Shown: piece after piece, positions 29,561 through 40,028 of the stretch
How the letters are laid out: the number at the start of each line of letters is the position of its first letter
Position numbering within the stretch: position 1 is the stretch's first letter
NCBI GenBank assembly: GCA_963702025.1
Contig: OY969699.1
Span: 1,024,001-1,088,000 of the forward strand
Origin: an uncultured bacterium
Lineage (GTDB): Bacteria > Babelota > Babeliae > Babelales > Vermiphilaceae
Direction of reading: 5' to 3'
Length of the DNA stretch: 64,000 bases
Made by a program: the position numbers and the translations under genes
Notes under the pieces: model-generated
What the model was told of the DNA's origin: nothing
Database searches by the model: none
The model's input: only the letters and a program-made list of their open reading frames with translations

Positions 29561-30408
29561 TGGTTTTTTTTACCCGGTCAACGGCACATTTGGTCCCCTC
29601 GATGGCAGTGAATCGCGGTGCTTATAGCAGTAAACAATTTACTGATGGTGAATGGTACGTTTCGCTTGAATCTGATGTGAGAAACGAGCACATTTGGGTT
29701 GTCACTGCAACCAATCCGCCCGCCGATCATCTTGTTGAATTACTCTTATTGCTCAATGTTCTTGAACGCAATGAACCGGCATCAATTAACCTGTTGTTTA
29801 CCTATTTTGGCTATGCGCGCCAAGATCGCCCGTTGCCAAATGAGGCATCGAGCGCGCAAGTGATAAGCCATATTTTTAAAGATTTTAAGCTTGCCAAAAT
29901 TATCATTATTCACGCACATAGTCCTCTGCTTGCCAATTATTTAAGCTTTGAAAACATTATTCCTGTTGATCTCATGTGCCGTACCGCGCAAACTTATAAA
30001 ACAATTGCCGCACCGGATGAAGGAGCGTATAAACTGATAGAATATCTTGCGGGTCACTGCGATCTTGAGCCAATCTATTTGAGCAAAATTCGCCCGGAAC
30101 AAGAAGCGGTAAAAATTCTTGAATATGATGGCATTGTGCGCCAGAAAAGAATTTTAATTATCGATGATATTATCGCAACGGGCAATACGATTATAGAGGT
30201 TGCCAAAATGCTCAAAAAATTAGGGGCCGATGAAATCAGCGTCTGGGCCACACATGGTATCTTTTCCAACGGCGCCCGCGCGCGCATTGCCAACAGTGAT
30301 ATTCATAAAGTCTATGTCACCAACACCTTGCTGCAAGAGAAAAGCTCAAGTAAAATCGAGGTGGTGAATATAGCGCCATTCTTAGAGCAGATTATAAAAG
30401 CGCAATAA
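29557..30408 (+). CDS. prs: Ribose-phosphate pyrophosphokinase
   Basis: FTDGE, YFGYARQDR, APDEG, IIDDIIATGNT, ATHG, TNT. Confidence 0.88.
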   Translation: MMVFFTRSTAHLVPSMAVNRGAYSSKQFTDGEWYVSLESDVRNEHIWVVTATNPPADHLVELLLLLNVLERNEPASINLLFTYFGYARQDRPLPNEASSAQVISHIFKDFKLAKIIIIHAHSPLLANYLSFENIIPVDLMCRTAQTYKTIAAPDEGAYKLIEYLAGHCDLEPIYLSKIRPEQEAVKILEYDGIVRQKRILIIDDIIATGNTIIEVAKMLKKLGADEISVWATHGIFSNGARARIANSDIHKVYVTNTLLQEKSSSKIEVVNIAPFLEQIIKAQ

Positions 30409-30465
30409 GCAAGAGGGGGCACGCCATCGTAACGCGCCCTCTTTATTACCTAATTAAAAATAATA

Positions 30466-32145
30466 TTACAGTTTTGCCCGTAACTGCGCTGCATCAGCTA
30501 CCCGTTTAAAATATTTCGATCCGTCTTTTGGTGATCGTTTTAGTTCCGGCGTAGTGCGATCAACGTTATAAATGCCATAATGGCTCTTATATTGGCCCCA
30601 TTCATAGTTGTCAATCAATGACCAGTGGATATAACCACGTACATCAAAACCGTCATGGATTGCTTTTGCCATTGCATACAGATACCGTTGATTGTGCAGT
30701 GTGCGGTGCGCATAATTATCGGTGCCGATACCATTTTCAGTAATATAAATCGGTATATCTAATGGTTGAGCAATAGAATCTGAAATCTCTTTAATGGCGC
30801 GATACAGGCCCTCGCCATAAATGGTATAACGGGGATTGGCTTGTGGAATTTCAACATCAGGATTTTGCTCGCGAACTACCTGACGATCTTTGGTCATATA
30901 ATTATGGCAGTAATAGTTTAGGCCAATAAAATCGAGGCACTTACCACCATTTTTAATATATTCATTTGTTCTTGGCGCGGTGGCAAATCTAATTGAGGTT
31001 GGTACATTCACACCAAAGATTTTTGTCTTATTAACACCGCGCGGAATTTTGACATAAAATTCACCGGTTGTTAAATAGCGATATGTTACTTCGTTTTGAA
31101 TCTCTTGGCCAAAATAAGCATTAATAAGGCATCGGGGATCGAGAGGGTTCCATGGATCAAGTTGTAAAATGTTCTTTAAAATACCAATGCGTGATTCTTG
31201 TCCGCCCGGTAATTTTTTGAGCTCACGGTATACGGCAGTGTGTGCCTCAAGAACATTGTATAAGACCTCAAGAGCAAGTTCCATATCTGTTTTTGCCGGT
31301 GGTTTTGCGCCGGTGAGCCATCCGGTTAATGCAATACTTTCTGGTGCATTAAAGGTGAGCCAGAGATACACATCTTGTTGAAGTTCGTTAAATACGGTGG
31401 TGCAGAATTCAACAAAGTATTTGATATTTTCTGCTTTCTCAAAACCACCCATGTTATAAAACCATTGCGGCTCTGCATAGTGGTAAAGGGTTACAACCGG
31501 TTCAATTCCCGCCGCGCGAAGCTTTTTGCAGAAATTTTTATACCGAGTAAGTTCAGCATGATCAATGCGATTTGGTACAGGATAGATTTTTTCCCATGCC
31601 ACCGAAAAGCGATAGGCATTAAAGCCCATGTTGACCAAATTTTGAATATCTTCATCTTCATGGTTTTGCGCGTCGCAACCAATGCCGACCGGTTCAACAA
31701 TCTTGCCTTCTAAAAGTGCAGGTTTTCCATTGATTATTGGAGCTATCCAATTGCCATCTTTGTCTTTTTCTTTTGCTTCAAAGAGGTTCCATTGCGTGTT
31801 GGTATTACCACTTTCAACTTGGTGTGCGGAAGTGCCGGCACCAAGCAGAAATTTATTTTGCGCGGGAGTGCGATTTTCTTGCAAGTTTGCCAAATGCTCT
31901 GCGTGCAAATGTAGAAATTGGCCAATAGGGAAATTGCCAATTTTAGTTGCATCTATGTTTTTCCAATTCCAGTGAATTGGATTGATGTAGAGGGTATCAA
32001 CTGTTTTATAGGCAGCTGCGCCGAGTGCAACGGCGCCAAGTGTTCCTGCAGCAATTCCTGCTTTTTTTATCATGCCGTTGGATTGTAATGGCTGCAGGCC
32101 GATACCGGCGATACATATGCTTAAAAGAGTTTTAGTGTAATTCAT
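30466..32145 (-). CDS. Exported GH1 family protein with acid/base Glu replaced (TFNAP)
   Basis: GTSAHQVE, YRFSVAW, TLYHY, GLNYY, ITENG, WSLIDNYEW. Confidence 0.92.
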   Translation of the reverse strand: MNYTKTLLSICIAGIGLQPLQSNGMIKKAGIAAGTLGAVALGAAAYKTVDTLYINPIHWNWKNIDATKIGNFPIGQFLHLHAEHLANLQENRTPAQNKFLLGAGTSAHQVESGNTNTQWNLFEAKEKDKDGNWIAPIINGKPALLEGKIVEPVGIGCDAQNHEDEDIQNLVNMGFNAYRFSVAWEKIYPVPNRIDHAELTRYKNFCKKLRAAGIEPVVTLYHYAEPQWFYNMGGFEKAENIKYFVEFCTTVFNELQQDVYLWLTFNAPESIALTGWLTGAKPPAKTDMELALEVLYNVLEAHTAVYRELKKLPGGQESRIGILKNILQLDPWNPLDPRCLINAYFGQEIQNEVTYRYLTTGEFYVKIPRGVNKTKIFGVNVPTSIRFATAPRTNEYIKNGGKCLDFIGLNYYCHNYMTKDRQVVREQNPDVEIPQANPRYTIYGEGLYRAIKEISDSIAQPLDIPIYITENGIGTDNYAHRTLHNQRYLYAMAKAIHDGFDVRGYIHWSLIDNYEWGQYKSHYGIYNVDRTTPELKRSPKDGSKYFKRVADAAQLRAKL

Positions 32146-32157
32146 AAAAATAATCCT

Positions 32158-33522
32158 TCATTGTTTGGTTATAATACGATGCATATCAAGGTGCCAGTCT
32201 TCAAATTTTTCTGCAGTTTTTAAGATGCCAAATGAGTCAAAATTATAGTTGCCGATCATGCCATACGGCGTGTTTGGTGATACGCAAAAAGTGCATACTA
32301 CGCCATCCCATAATTTACCGGCCGGTTGTTTGACTCCTGTTGGTAGCCATAATTTTGCAACGCCGGCATCTTCGGGTTCACTTAAGTTGTCGTGATTCAA
32401 AATGCGGGGCAATGTGCGATCATTATGTTGATGCGCGCGGAACACACCACGAATTGCGCAGCTTGGGGTACTATCAAGCGATAATAAATATTTAGTAAAA
32501 TGTTCGGGAAATTCCCAACCGCGGCCTTCCTGATAATGTACAAACTGTGTTTGCTTGCCCTTGTTGCAAAATTCAAAATCATTCCACATGAATCCAATGT
32601 CTGCCGGTCTTGGCGATATGACATTGTTGCAATAACCACCGGTGAAACTATTTCTGTACTCTGGAGAAAAACTATGAACACGTTTTTCGCGACTTAATGC
32701 ACGAACCAGGACATATCTGTTACTCCCTGTTGCATTGAGTAATGCATGAGCATGCTCAAAACCAAATTCTAAGCCACCATGGCAGCATAAGAATGCATCA
32801 CTGCCGGATTGCACAAAGAGAGCAACAGGCATATAGTTATAGATTTTGCTGATTTGCGGCATTAAATACTCACCAAATTTGTTGTGTAATTCGGATGAAA
32901 ATCCATAAAAATTATTAATCACGACATCTTCATGGTTACCACGAACGAGTATCACTTGATCTGGATTTTGCAACCACAATTCTAAAATAGTATAGATTAC
33001 TTCAGCGCCCCTATCACCGCGATCGGTATAGTCGCCTAAAAAAACGATAGTAAAATTGGGGTCAACGATCTTGAAGGGATTTTGTTGCTCCATATATCCT
33101 TGTTGCCAGAGAGATTTTATGAAGGCATTTAATGAGAGAATGTCGCCATGCAAGTCGCCGTGAAATGCAGTTGCGGCCTCAGGGCCAACAGTAATTTTTT
33201 GTACAAAAGGCTCAAAAACATTGCCTTGAAAAAATTCCGGGTTAGGCATTGCAGTATCAAAGAGACCCAAGAAACTAGTGTTTACCCACGTATTTTTATC
33301 AGCAAGATTTGTGTTGGCCTGTGCATCACAATATGCAGCAACTTGATTGAGGAGCATCGCTTTTGTTAACGGACTTTTTTGTGCGCTTTTACCGGAACAT
33401 ACTTTTTGGCATGCGTGCTCCCATTGCCAAAAATTTTTATATAAACTGGGTGCATTAACAGCATAGAGTGATGCAGTGTTGAGAAAGATTGGGATCAAGA
33501 TTAGTAAACGCATATTCATCAT
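32158..33522 (-). CDS. Exported PPP-family Ser/Thr phosphatase-like metallophosphoesterase
   Basis: Signal peptide; GDLHG, GDYTDRG, RGNHE, CHGG, RAHQ. Confidence 0.88.
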   Translation of the reverse strand: MMNMRLLILIPIFLNTASLYAVNAPSLYKNFWQWEHACQKVCSGKSAQKSPLTKAMLLNQVAAYCDAQANTNLADKNTWVNTSFLGLFDTAMPNPEFFQGNVFEPFVQKITVGPEAATAFHGDLHGDILSLNAFIKSLWQQGYMEQQNPFKIVDPNFTIVFLGDYTDRGDRGAEVIYTILELWLQNPDQVILVRGNHEDVVINNFYGFSSELHNKFGEYLMPQISKIYNYMPVALFVQSGSDAFLCCHGGLEFGFEHAHALLNATGSNRYVLVRALSREKRVHSFSPEYRNSFTGGYCNNVISPRPADIGFMWNDFEFCNKGKQTQFVHYQEGRGWEFPEHFTKYLLSLDSTPSCAIRGVFRAHQHNDRTLPRILNHDNLSEPEDAGVAKLWLPTGVKQPAGKLWDGVVCTFCVSPNTPYGMIGNYNFDSFGILKTAEKFEDWHLDMHRIITKQ

Positions 33523-35147
33523 TTTTTCCTTGTTGTTTTTTTGCACGTGTTATTTTTTTTTCCGATTGCTTGAGCCGAAATTGGGTTGACAGTAGGATTG
33601 TTTTTCGGTGTTTCACGTATCTTTACTGCCGGCGCTGCTTTGAATTTTTGTACTACATCAATAAAATAGCGGGCGCCCGGACGCACATTTTCACTTCGTT
33701 GGTGTGTTTTGAAATCAACGCCATAGAGCCCGAAATTGATGTCGTAGGATCCCCAATCATAATTATCCATGAGTGACCAGACAATATACCCTTTGATAGG
33801 GCAGCCGATATTCAGTGCGTATGAAAGTACGTATAAATACTGCTTAAAGAAGAGTTCGCGATGTTCTTCATTTTTGGTAGCGATACCATTTTCCGTGACA
33901 TAAATAGGTATGTTGAGTGGTTTTGCCAACTCTTTGGTTAATTCTTGTAGTGCGCGATAGAAGCCTTCCGGGTAGATTGTGTAAATTTTATTTTGAGTGG
34001 TGATTTCACCCGGATGAGTATCAACGTTAAAATTTGTCATCAAGCCATGGCTGTAATAGTTTAATCCAACAAAATCGAGAGATTTGGGGGCAGCAGCATT
34101 ATAGTGATTTACCTTTGCCTTGAATGGAACAGAGACTTTAAAATGTCCCGTTTTAAAATAGGTATAAATGTTATCGCTAAATAGCGCTTGCGCCGTTGAG
34201 ACGCCGGCTTTGTCCCAGAAATTTTTTGCTTCTACTTGATAAATGTTATGACACATACCAATTTGTGCCGTGGCGCCACCGGGTAATTTTTTAAGCGCTT
34301 GATATACTTGAACGTGTGTTTCTAACATGTTTTTGAGTACTTCTTGCATCAGTTGCATATCAGTTTTTCCCGGAGGGGCCATAGAGGCATGATAGGCGCG
34401 CGCTACATAGCTGGTTGGGGAATTAAAGGTGAGCCATAGATGAACATGGGGATTGAGGCGCTCAAAAACTTTTATGCAGAAGTTTACAAAGTGTTTACTG
34501 TTTTCTAGTTTTTCAAATCCGCCTAACTGTGCAAACCAGGTGGGGTTGGTGTAATGGTGCAAAGTGATCACCGGTTTTATGCCATTTGCAACAAGCTCTT
34601 TGCACACCTGGTCATAATGGGCAAGCGCATCAGTGTCATATATACCTTGTTTGGGTTCGATTTTGCTCCATTCAACAGAAAGGCGATAAGTGTTTAACCC
34701 TAATTTTTTGATGAGCTGAATATCCTGTTTATACATGTGCCAGTGGTTGCAGGCAGTATTAGTTGGCGTTAATTTTTTGTGTTTTTCCCACTCTGTCCAA
34801 TCATTACTGCAATTACCTTCTGTTTGATGAGCAGAGGTGGCGACTCCCCATAAAAAATCGGTAGGAAAATAGATATTTTCAGTGTTTATTTCTTTCCAAT
34901 TCCAATAAAGGGGATCTTTTTGAAGCACTGGAGGCGGGGTAAAAGCAGGGAGTATTTCGGGGGATTTTTGAGAAGTTTTAGGCGTTTCAGCTAGTTTCCG
35001 ACCGGGTCCGGGTTCCTTAAATTCGAGTATTAGTGCAGGCTTGGGCTGGCTTTGTTGCAAGAATGAAAGCGTTGCAAAAAGACCAAAACCAACAAAAAGG
35101 CCGGCAAGAAAGAATATGATACGAATTTTATGCATTAAATCCTCCAT
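33519..35147 (-). CDS. Membrane-anchored GH1 family protein with acid/base Glu replaced (TFNSP)
   Basis: WGVATSAHQTEG, YRLSVEWS, TLHHY, GLNYY, VTENG, WSLMDNYDW. Confidence 0.92.
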   Translation of the reverse strand: MEDLMHKIRIIFFLAGLFVGFGLFATLSFLQQSQPKPALILEFKEPGPGRKLAETPKTSQKSPEILPAFTPPPVLQKDPLYWNWKEINTENIYFPTDFLWGVATSAHQTEGNCSNDWTEWEKHKKLTPTNTACNHWHMYKQDIQLIKKLGLNTYRLSVEWSKIEPKQGIYDTDALAHYDQVCKELVANGIKPVITLHHYTNPTWFAQLGGFEKLENSKHFVNFCIKVFERLNPHVHLWLTFNSPTSYVARAYHASMAPPGKTDMQLMQEVLKNMLETHVQVYQALKKLPGGATAQIGMCHNIYQVEAKNFWDKAGVSTAQALFSDNIYTYFKTGHFKVSVPFKAKVNHYNAAAPKSLDFVGLNYYSHGLMTNFNVDTHPGEITTQNKIYTIYPEGFYRALQELTKELAKPLNIPIYVTENGIATKNEEHRELFFKQYLYVLSYALNIGCPIKGYIVWSLMDNYDWGSYDINFGLYGVDFKTHQRSENVRPGARYFIDVVQKFKAAPAVKIRETPKNNPTVNPISAQAIGKKNNTCKKTTRKK

Positions 35148-35247
35148 TCAAGGTACGTTTTTTATAATACCAAAAATAAAAAATTAGTCTATTAAACAAA
35201 TTAATTAACCTATATAATTTCAATTTGAAATATTAACTTATGTTTGT

Positions 35248-35322
35248 CGTTCGCCTCGTAGAGCGCGAAGCGCGAGTGGAGAGGTCTCCATTCGGCCTTG
35301 CAGCCTCCATCGACCCGAACGG
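35248..35322. repeat. Inverted pair of divergent REP-like units
   Basis: Units with arms CCTC/GAGG and GGTC/GACC ending CGAACG(G). Confidence 0.6.
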
Positions 35323-35425
35323 GAGAAGGTAAAAAATGGAAAATTCCTTTTTTTAAGAGCCATTATCAATCTATACTCAAAAGTAGCATAGATTTTTTTG
35401 ATCGTAACCTCACGGAGAAAAATGC

Positions 35426-36598
35426 ATGAATAGTAAGTGGTTAACTCGTAATGTGATAGTGCTCGGACTTGTGAGTCTTTTGTCCGATTTTGGTTCGGAG
35501 ATGGCCACGGCAATACTGCCGGCTTTTTTAATTTCTCTTGGCGGCTCGGCAGCACTTTTAGGGCTCATTGAGGGAATTGCCAATGCGAGCATTAGTGTCG
35601 CCAGTATTTTTAGCGGATGGGCAAGCGATTACACCACCGCGCGCAAACCGTTCGCTGCGGCCGGGTATTTAATGGCTGCGCTCGGCATTGCATCACTTTC
35701 ACTTATGCACCGTGCTTTTTATGTTTTATTTGGGCGGATTTTGACACGTGTTGGAAAGGGTGTGCGTGATCCGGCCCGTGATGCATTGCTTGCCGGTGCG
35801 GGTAATACTAAGGTGTATGGCAGAATATTTGGTTTTGCCCGCGCGCTTGATACCGTTGGTGCCATACTTGGTCCTTTGGCTGCCATTGTTTTGCTTAAAT
35901 TCGTCACCTTCGGCGCAATTTTTATGGTTGGCGCTCTCATTACGTGCCTGGCATTTTTACTCGTGGTTTTCGCCGTGCATGAAGTGAAAGCCCCTTCGGC
36001 TACGCGAAAAAGTTTTACCTTACATTGGCACAGTGTGCCGCGCCAATTTAAATCTTTTTGCAGAGCCATGGGTGTTTTTGGGCTGGGAAATTGCGCGGTC
36101 ACCTTGCTTTCGCTCAGAGTTATTGAGCTTTTAGAACCATCACGCGGCGCATTTACGGCGGAACTCTTTTCCATTGGTTTATACGCGCTCTTCAATGTTT
36201 TTTATGCAGCATTTTCTTTTCCCGTCGGCTATCTTGCTGATTATGTGGGCAAGAAGAAAATCTTATTCATTGGCTATCTGTTTACCGGATTAGTGCTTTT
36301 GGGCTTTGCCTGTATTACTGCGAACTTGGGTTATCTTATCGTGCTTTTTTGCGCTATTGGTTTGGCCTTTGCGATTGTTGACGGTCTCCAGCGCGCGGTT
36401 GCTGCTGATTTATTGCACCACGAAATTCGAGGAACCGGATATGGCATGCTGGCGGCAATAACCGGGGTTGGTAATTTATTTTCCAGCATCGTGGTTGGTT
36501 TTTTATGGACAAACATAAATCCATTCGTTGGCTTTGCCTACGCGGCAATAATGTGCGGGATCGGTGCGTTGTTATTATTGCTGGTTAAAGAAGACTGA
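35426..36598 (+). CDS. MFS transporter
   Basis: About 12 hydrophobic segments; GWASDY..RK, GKGVRDPARDALL, GYLADYVGKK. Confidence 0.92.
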   Translation: MNSKWLTRNVIVLGLVSLLSDFGSEMATAILPAFLISLGGSAALLGLIEGIANASISVASIFSGWASDYTTARKPFAAAGYLMAALGIASLSLMHRAFYVLFGRILTRVGKGVRDPARDALLAGAGNTKVYGRIFGFARALDTVGAILGPLAAIVLLKFVTFGAIFMVGALITCLAFLLVVFAVHEVKAPSATRKSFTLHWHSVPRQFKSFCRAMGVFGLGNCAVTLLSLRVIELLEPSRGAFTAELFSIGLYALFNVFYAAFSFPVGYLADYVGKKKILFIGYLFTGLVLLGFACITANLGYLIVLFCAIGLAFAIVDGLQRAVAADLLHHEIRGTGYGMLAAITGVGNLFSSIVVGFLWTNINPFVGFAYAAIMCGIGALLLLLVKED

Positions 36599-36600
36599 GA

Positions 36601-37599
36601 TTATTGCAGAATGCAATGCCCTTGAGGCGGCATATTATTTTTGAGCATGCTAAGCAATTCTTCTTTATATTTTTTGAATTCTTCGTGGATCTCAACGTTT
36701 TGAGCCTTAAGATAAAATTGTTTTTCTACAAAATCGATGGCGGTGTATTCTTCAGGCGTATCGTCATATGTTACTGAAGGGTCAGCTTTATTATGAAGCA
36801 GAAATTGAATGAGTTCCAGATGATTATTATAGTACACAGCCGCTTCAGCTCTCTCTTTAAATTCTTTTTCAGTCGCCTGTTCTCTAAGGGATATCATAAG
36901 CGGTGTATCAGGTTTTTCTTTTGTTTTTTTTGCATTGATATCAACGCCTAATGTAAGCATATTTTCAATTATTTTTTTGGCATCTGCGCAAAAATGTCCT
37001 CGACTTGCAAACCTGCATGTCGCATGAAGGGGTGTGCCGCCAAAATAACCTTCAGCAAGATCGAAGCGTTTAAAGGAAGTGCGTGTCTCTGGATCCTGAC
37101 AATATTCACTGGCTTTCTCAACGATGAGCCGAGCAAGATCAAACACCCTTTGTTCTATTGCGTAGTGGAGTATTTGCCTGCCTATTTCCTCCCAAGCCAA
37201 ACATTCGGGGCGGTTATTAATATAGTACAGAAAAAAGTCTTTATATGTTTGCATAAAGTTTTTATCGGTACCAAAGTTATTGCCGACTATGGTTACAAAT
37301 ATTTTCGGTGGGTAATATTCTTTTGCAATGTAATTTATCACCGAAGGCGCCTTAATTTTCAAAACGTATGAGGGAAATGTGTATCCTGCTTTCAGTATGA
37401 TTTCATCAATGTAATGTGCATCCTCTCCTTTAAGCAGATGAAAATATTTTTCTAATGTAGGTGTGTCATTTTTAATAAATTGCAGAAAATAAATTTTGAG
37501 ATCTTTTGGAAGGAGCTGAGGGTAGTAACTTTCTTGTTGCATGCCAATGCAGCTATAGGCAAATAAAAGAAAAAATAATAAAGATCTGAAATAGTTCAC
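36601..37599 (-). CDS. Exported F-box-like plus ankyrin protein
   Basis: Signal peptide-MQQ; LLPKDLKIYFLQFI; GTPLHAT, DTPLMIS, FLLHNKADP. Confidence 0.72.
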   Translation of the reverse strand: MNYFRSLLFFLLFAYSCIGMQQESYYPQLLPKDLKIYFLQFIKNDTPTLEKYFHLLKGEDAHYIDEIILKAGYTFPSYVLKIKAPSVINYIAKEYYPPKIFVTIVGNNFGTDKNFMQTYKDFFLYYINNRPECLAWEEIGRQILHYAIEQRVFDLARLIVEKASEYCQDPETRTSFKRFDLAEGYFGGTPLHATCRFASRGHFCADAKKIIENMLTLGVDINAKKTKEKPDTPLMISLREQATEKEFKERAEAAVYYNNHLELIQFLLHNKADPSVTYDDTPEEYTAIDFVEKQFYLKAQNVEIHEEFKKYKEELLSMLKNNMPPQGHCILQ

Positions 37600-37675
37600 A
37601 TCTACATCTTTTGATTAAAATTAAGAGCCAAAATTAAAAAGGTGTTATTTAGTTTATATGATATTGTGAAATTGT

Positions 37676-39025
37676 TTAGAAGAGTTTCCACCAGTTTTGA
37701 TGAACGTTAAAGTGTATTCCATAATCAGTTTCAATTACACCAGATTCGGGTAGAGCAAATTGCTCTAACTTGTCCAGATATGCGGGCATAGTTGCTAAAA
37801 AAAGGCGTAATAATGGCAGAGAGAATGGTGCTATTTCGGGGTCAATGCCATTTTTACCCATTTTAATTAGATAATGGTTTATGGTTTGTATGATTCTTGG
37901 TGCAAAAAAAGGAAAGGTACACATCATGATCAATTTAGCAGAGCTATTTATTGCCGGATGACTATCATGCAAAGAATATTTTCGTGTTATGGATGATAAC
38001 CATTCTAATAATGATTCTGTCTTTGGTAATTGCTTCAACATTTCTTTTGAAAAAGCAATCCCTTTGAGAGAAATTTTCATCGATGGATAACTTTCTAAAT
38101 TTCTACAAATTTCTTTTATCGGATTCCTATCCAAGAGCAACGTAATATATTGTCTATAGTGATAATAATTAATTTGTTCATTGCACAGCTTGGTAATTTT
38201 ATTTTTGCGTAAATCAATGGTATCAAAAACTTTATTCAGCTGCGAGATAAAAAAATCTTTTAAGTGAAAATTATCAATCGCATGACCGGATAGGTTTATA
38301 GAAATTTTAGAATCTTCATAACGAGAATAAAATGTCTGAGCGTCGCTTAATGCTTGCTCAAGGCCTTCCAGGGATTTTATTTTTTTTACTAATCCTAAAC
38401 TTTTTAATTTTTTATGGGAAAAATCATTGGTAGCATTAATGGTACATTTCCCAAATTTGTGCTCATAGTCCTTAATGAATTCAGTAAAATTTTCATAAAA
38501 TAAATATTCTTTCGCAATTTTTTTTAAAACTTTTTCTTGGGTCGAAAGAGTGTTTTTATTTCGTTGGTAAAGGTGGGAACAGTAATCCTGCGCAGCATGA
38601 GCAATGGTTTCTTCTGGCGCCTCAAGATAGTTGGCAAGTTCAAAGCAGGCTAGAGGACCACTTTTTGTTTCTAGGTAATTAATGAATGCAAGTATGTTTT
38701 CTTTTGTGGCAGATGCTGGGGCATACTGATTTGAAAAGTCTGCTTGACCACAGTCAGTAAAAAGATTTTTGTACGTTTCGCACAAAAATAACGTTAAATG
38801 CCGTGAGGGGCTGAGAGTAAATTGTTTTCCATTTTTATCAGTGATGTAATATTGTTTGTCACCTACTTCTTTAACGGGGAGATTCTGCGTGATTTGGCGA
38901 GCATAGTCATCGGCTAATTTTTCAAATTCTTCATGCTCGTCCAGTTTTTGTTGTTTTTCTTCCGGCAATTCCATAGCTGGGCAGCCGAGGGTGAACAAAA
39001 GGGGTATAAATAGTAAACGTTTCAT
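37676..39025 (-). CDS. Exported protein with Skp1/BTB-like N-terminus and leucine-rich repeats
   Basis: CETYKNLF...FELANYLE; INLSGHAI, IDLRKNKI, LLLDRNPI; C-terminal hydrophobic segments. Confidence 0.68.
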   Translation of the reverse strand: MKRLLFIPLLFTLGCPAMELPEEKQQKLDEHEEFEKLADDYARQITQNLPVKEVGDKQYYITDKNGKQFTLSPSRHLTLFLCETYKNLFTDCGQADFSNQYAPASATKENILAFINYLETKSGPLACFELANYLEAPEETIAHAAQDYCSHLYQRNKNTLSTQEKVLKKIAKEYLFYENFTEFIKDYEHKFGKCTINATNDFSHKKLKSLGLVKKIKSLEGLEQALSDAQTFYSRYEDSKISINLSGHAIDNFHLKDFFISQLNKVFDTIDLRKNKITKLCNEQINYYHYRQYITLLLDRNPIKEICRNLESYPSMKISLKGIAFSKEMLKQLPKTESLLEWLSSITRKYSLHDSHPAINSSAKLIMMCTFPFFAPRIIQTINHYLIKMGKNGIDPEIAPFSLPLLRLFLATMPAYLDKLEQFALPESGVIETDYGIHFNVHQNWWKLF

Positions 39026-39060
39026 AATTTCTCCATTAATCTCCATTAGTTTTTAGCCTA

Positions 39061-40017
39061 TAGCGAGCTTCACTAGGCCTCACACATTTCTCCCAATGTT
39101 TTGACTGCGGCCTCATAAAAATCTTTTATTCCCTCTGCGGCCTTTCGAATCGCATTTTTGACAGTAGCCCATCGATGTTCTATCGGGTTAAAATCTGGAG
39201 AATATGGTGGTAAAAAAATGATTCTACAACCAACTGCTTCAATGAGTTCAACTACTTTTTTAGATTTGTGGAAGCTGGCATTATCGATTACAACAACCAT
39301 TCCAGGCTTTAATGCAGGAGCTAAAACTTGTTCCACGTAAGTTTCATAAGTATCAGCAGTTGAATATCCTTCAAATAAAAATGGCGCAAATAATAAATTT
39401 AAATTCAGCGCAGCGGTGATATTATAGCGCGTTATTCTCTCAGCTTTTTTTATTGCGTGGCATCGCTCGCCCTCTGGCGCCCAGCCAGCATTTGGCACTT
39501 CATTATCGTCGATTCCCGTTTCATCAGAATAGACAATGAGCGCAGGATCGATATTTTCTATTTCTTCTAAAAATTGTTTGCGTTTATCTGCATTCGCTTC
39601 GATGTAACCAAAAGTTTTTTTTTGATGTGTAACCAATTTTTTTAAGTGCTCGTTGTATCGTGATATCCGATATGCAAACATTTGTAATTTTTTCCCACTC
39701 AATCGCCATTTTTAATGAAGTAAAATGTTGGTTTTCTTTTGCAAATTCTTTAAATTTTTCCCAATCAGTAATTTTATGACTGTGTCCATTCTGATAGCCG
39801 GATTTTGGCGCAAGGCTATTCACTTCTTGGCGCAACTTAAGCCAGTTATAAATTGCGTTTCGCCCAACTTTGAATAATTTAGCCACATCAGTTATACGCA
39901 TTCCATCATCTACTGCAGCTATTACTCGTTTTCTTAAATCTATGCCAAGTGCCATACTTTCTCCTTAAGTTTGAAGAAATCTTAGCATATCTGTTTGTTA
40001 TTTAAAGAAGTTTGCTA
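39061..40017 (-). mobile_element. IS630-family insertion sequence
   Basis: Imperfect TIRs TAGCGAGCTTC / GAAGTTTGCTA with TA duplications at 39059-39060 and 40018-40019. Confidence 0.88.
39073..39955 (-). CDS. IS630 transposase in two frames (orfA 39584-39955 HTH, orfB to 39073 DDE) joined at an A9 run
   Basis: DLRKRVI HTH; DETG, IDNASFH, LPPYSPDFNPIE; A9 on minus strand at 39615-39623, orfB in +1 frame. Confidence 0.88.
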
Positions 40018-40028
40018 TATTTATACCC

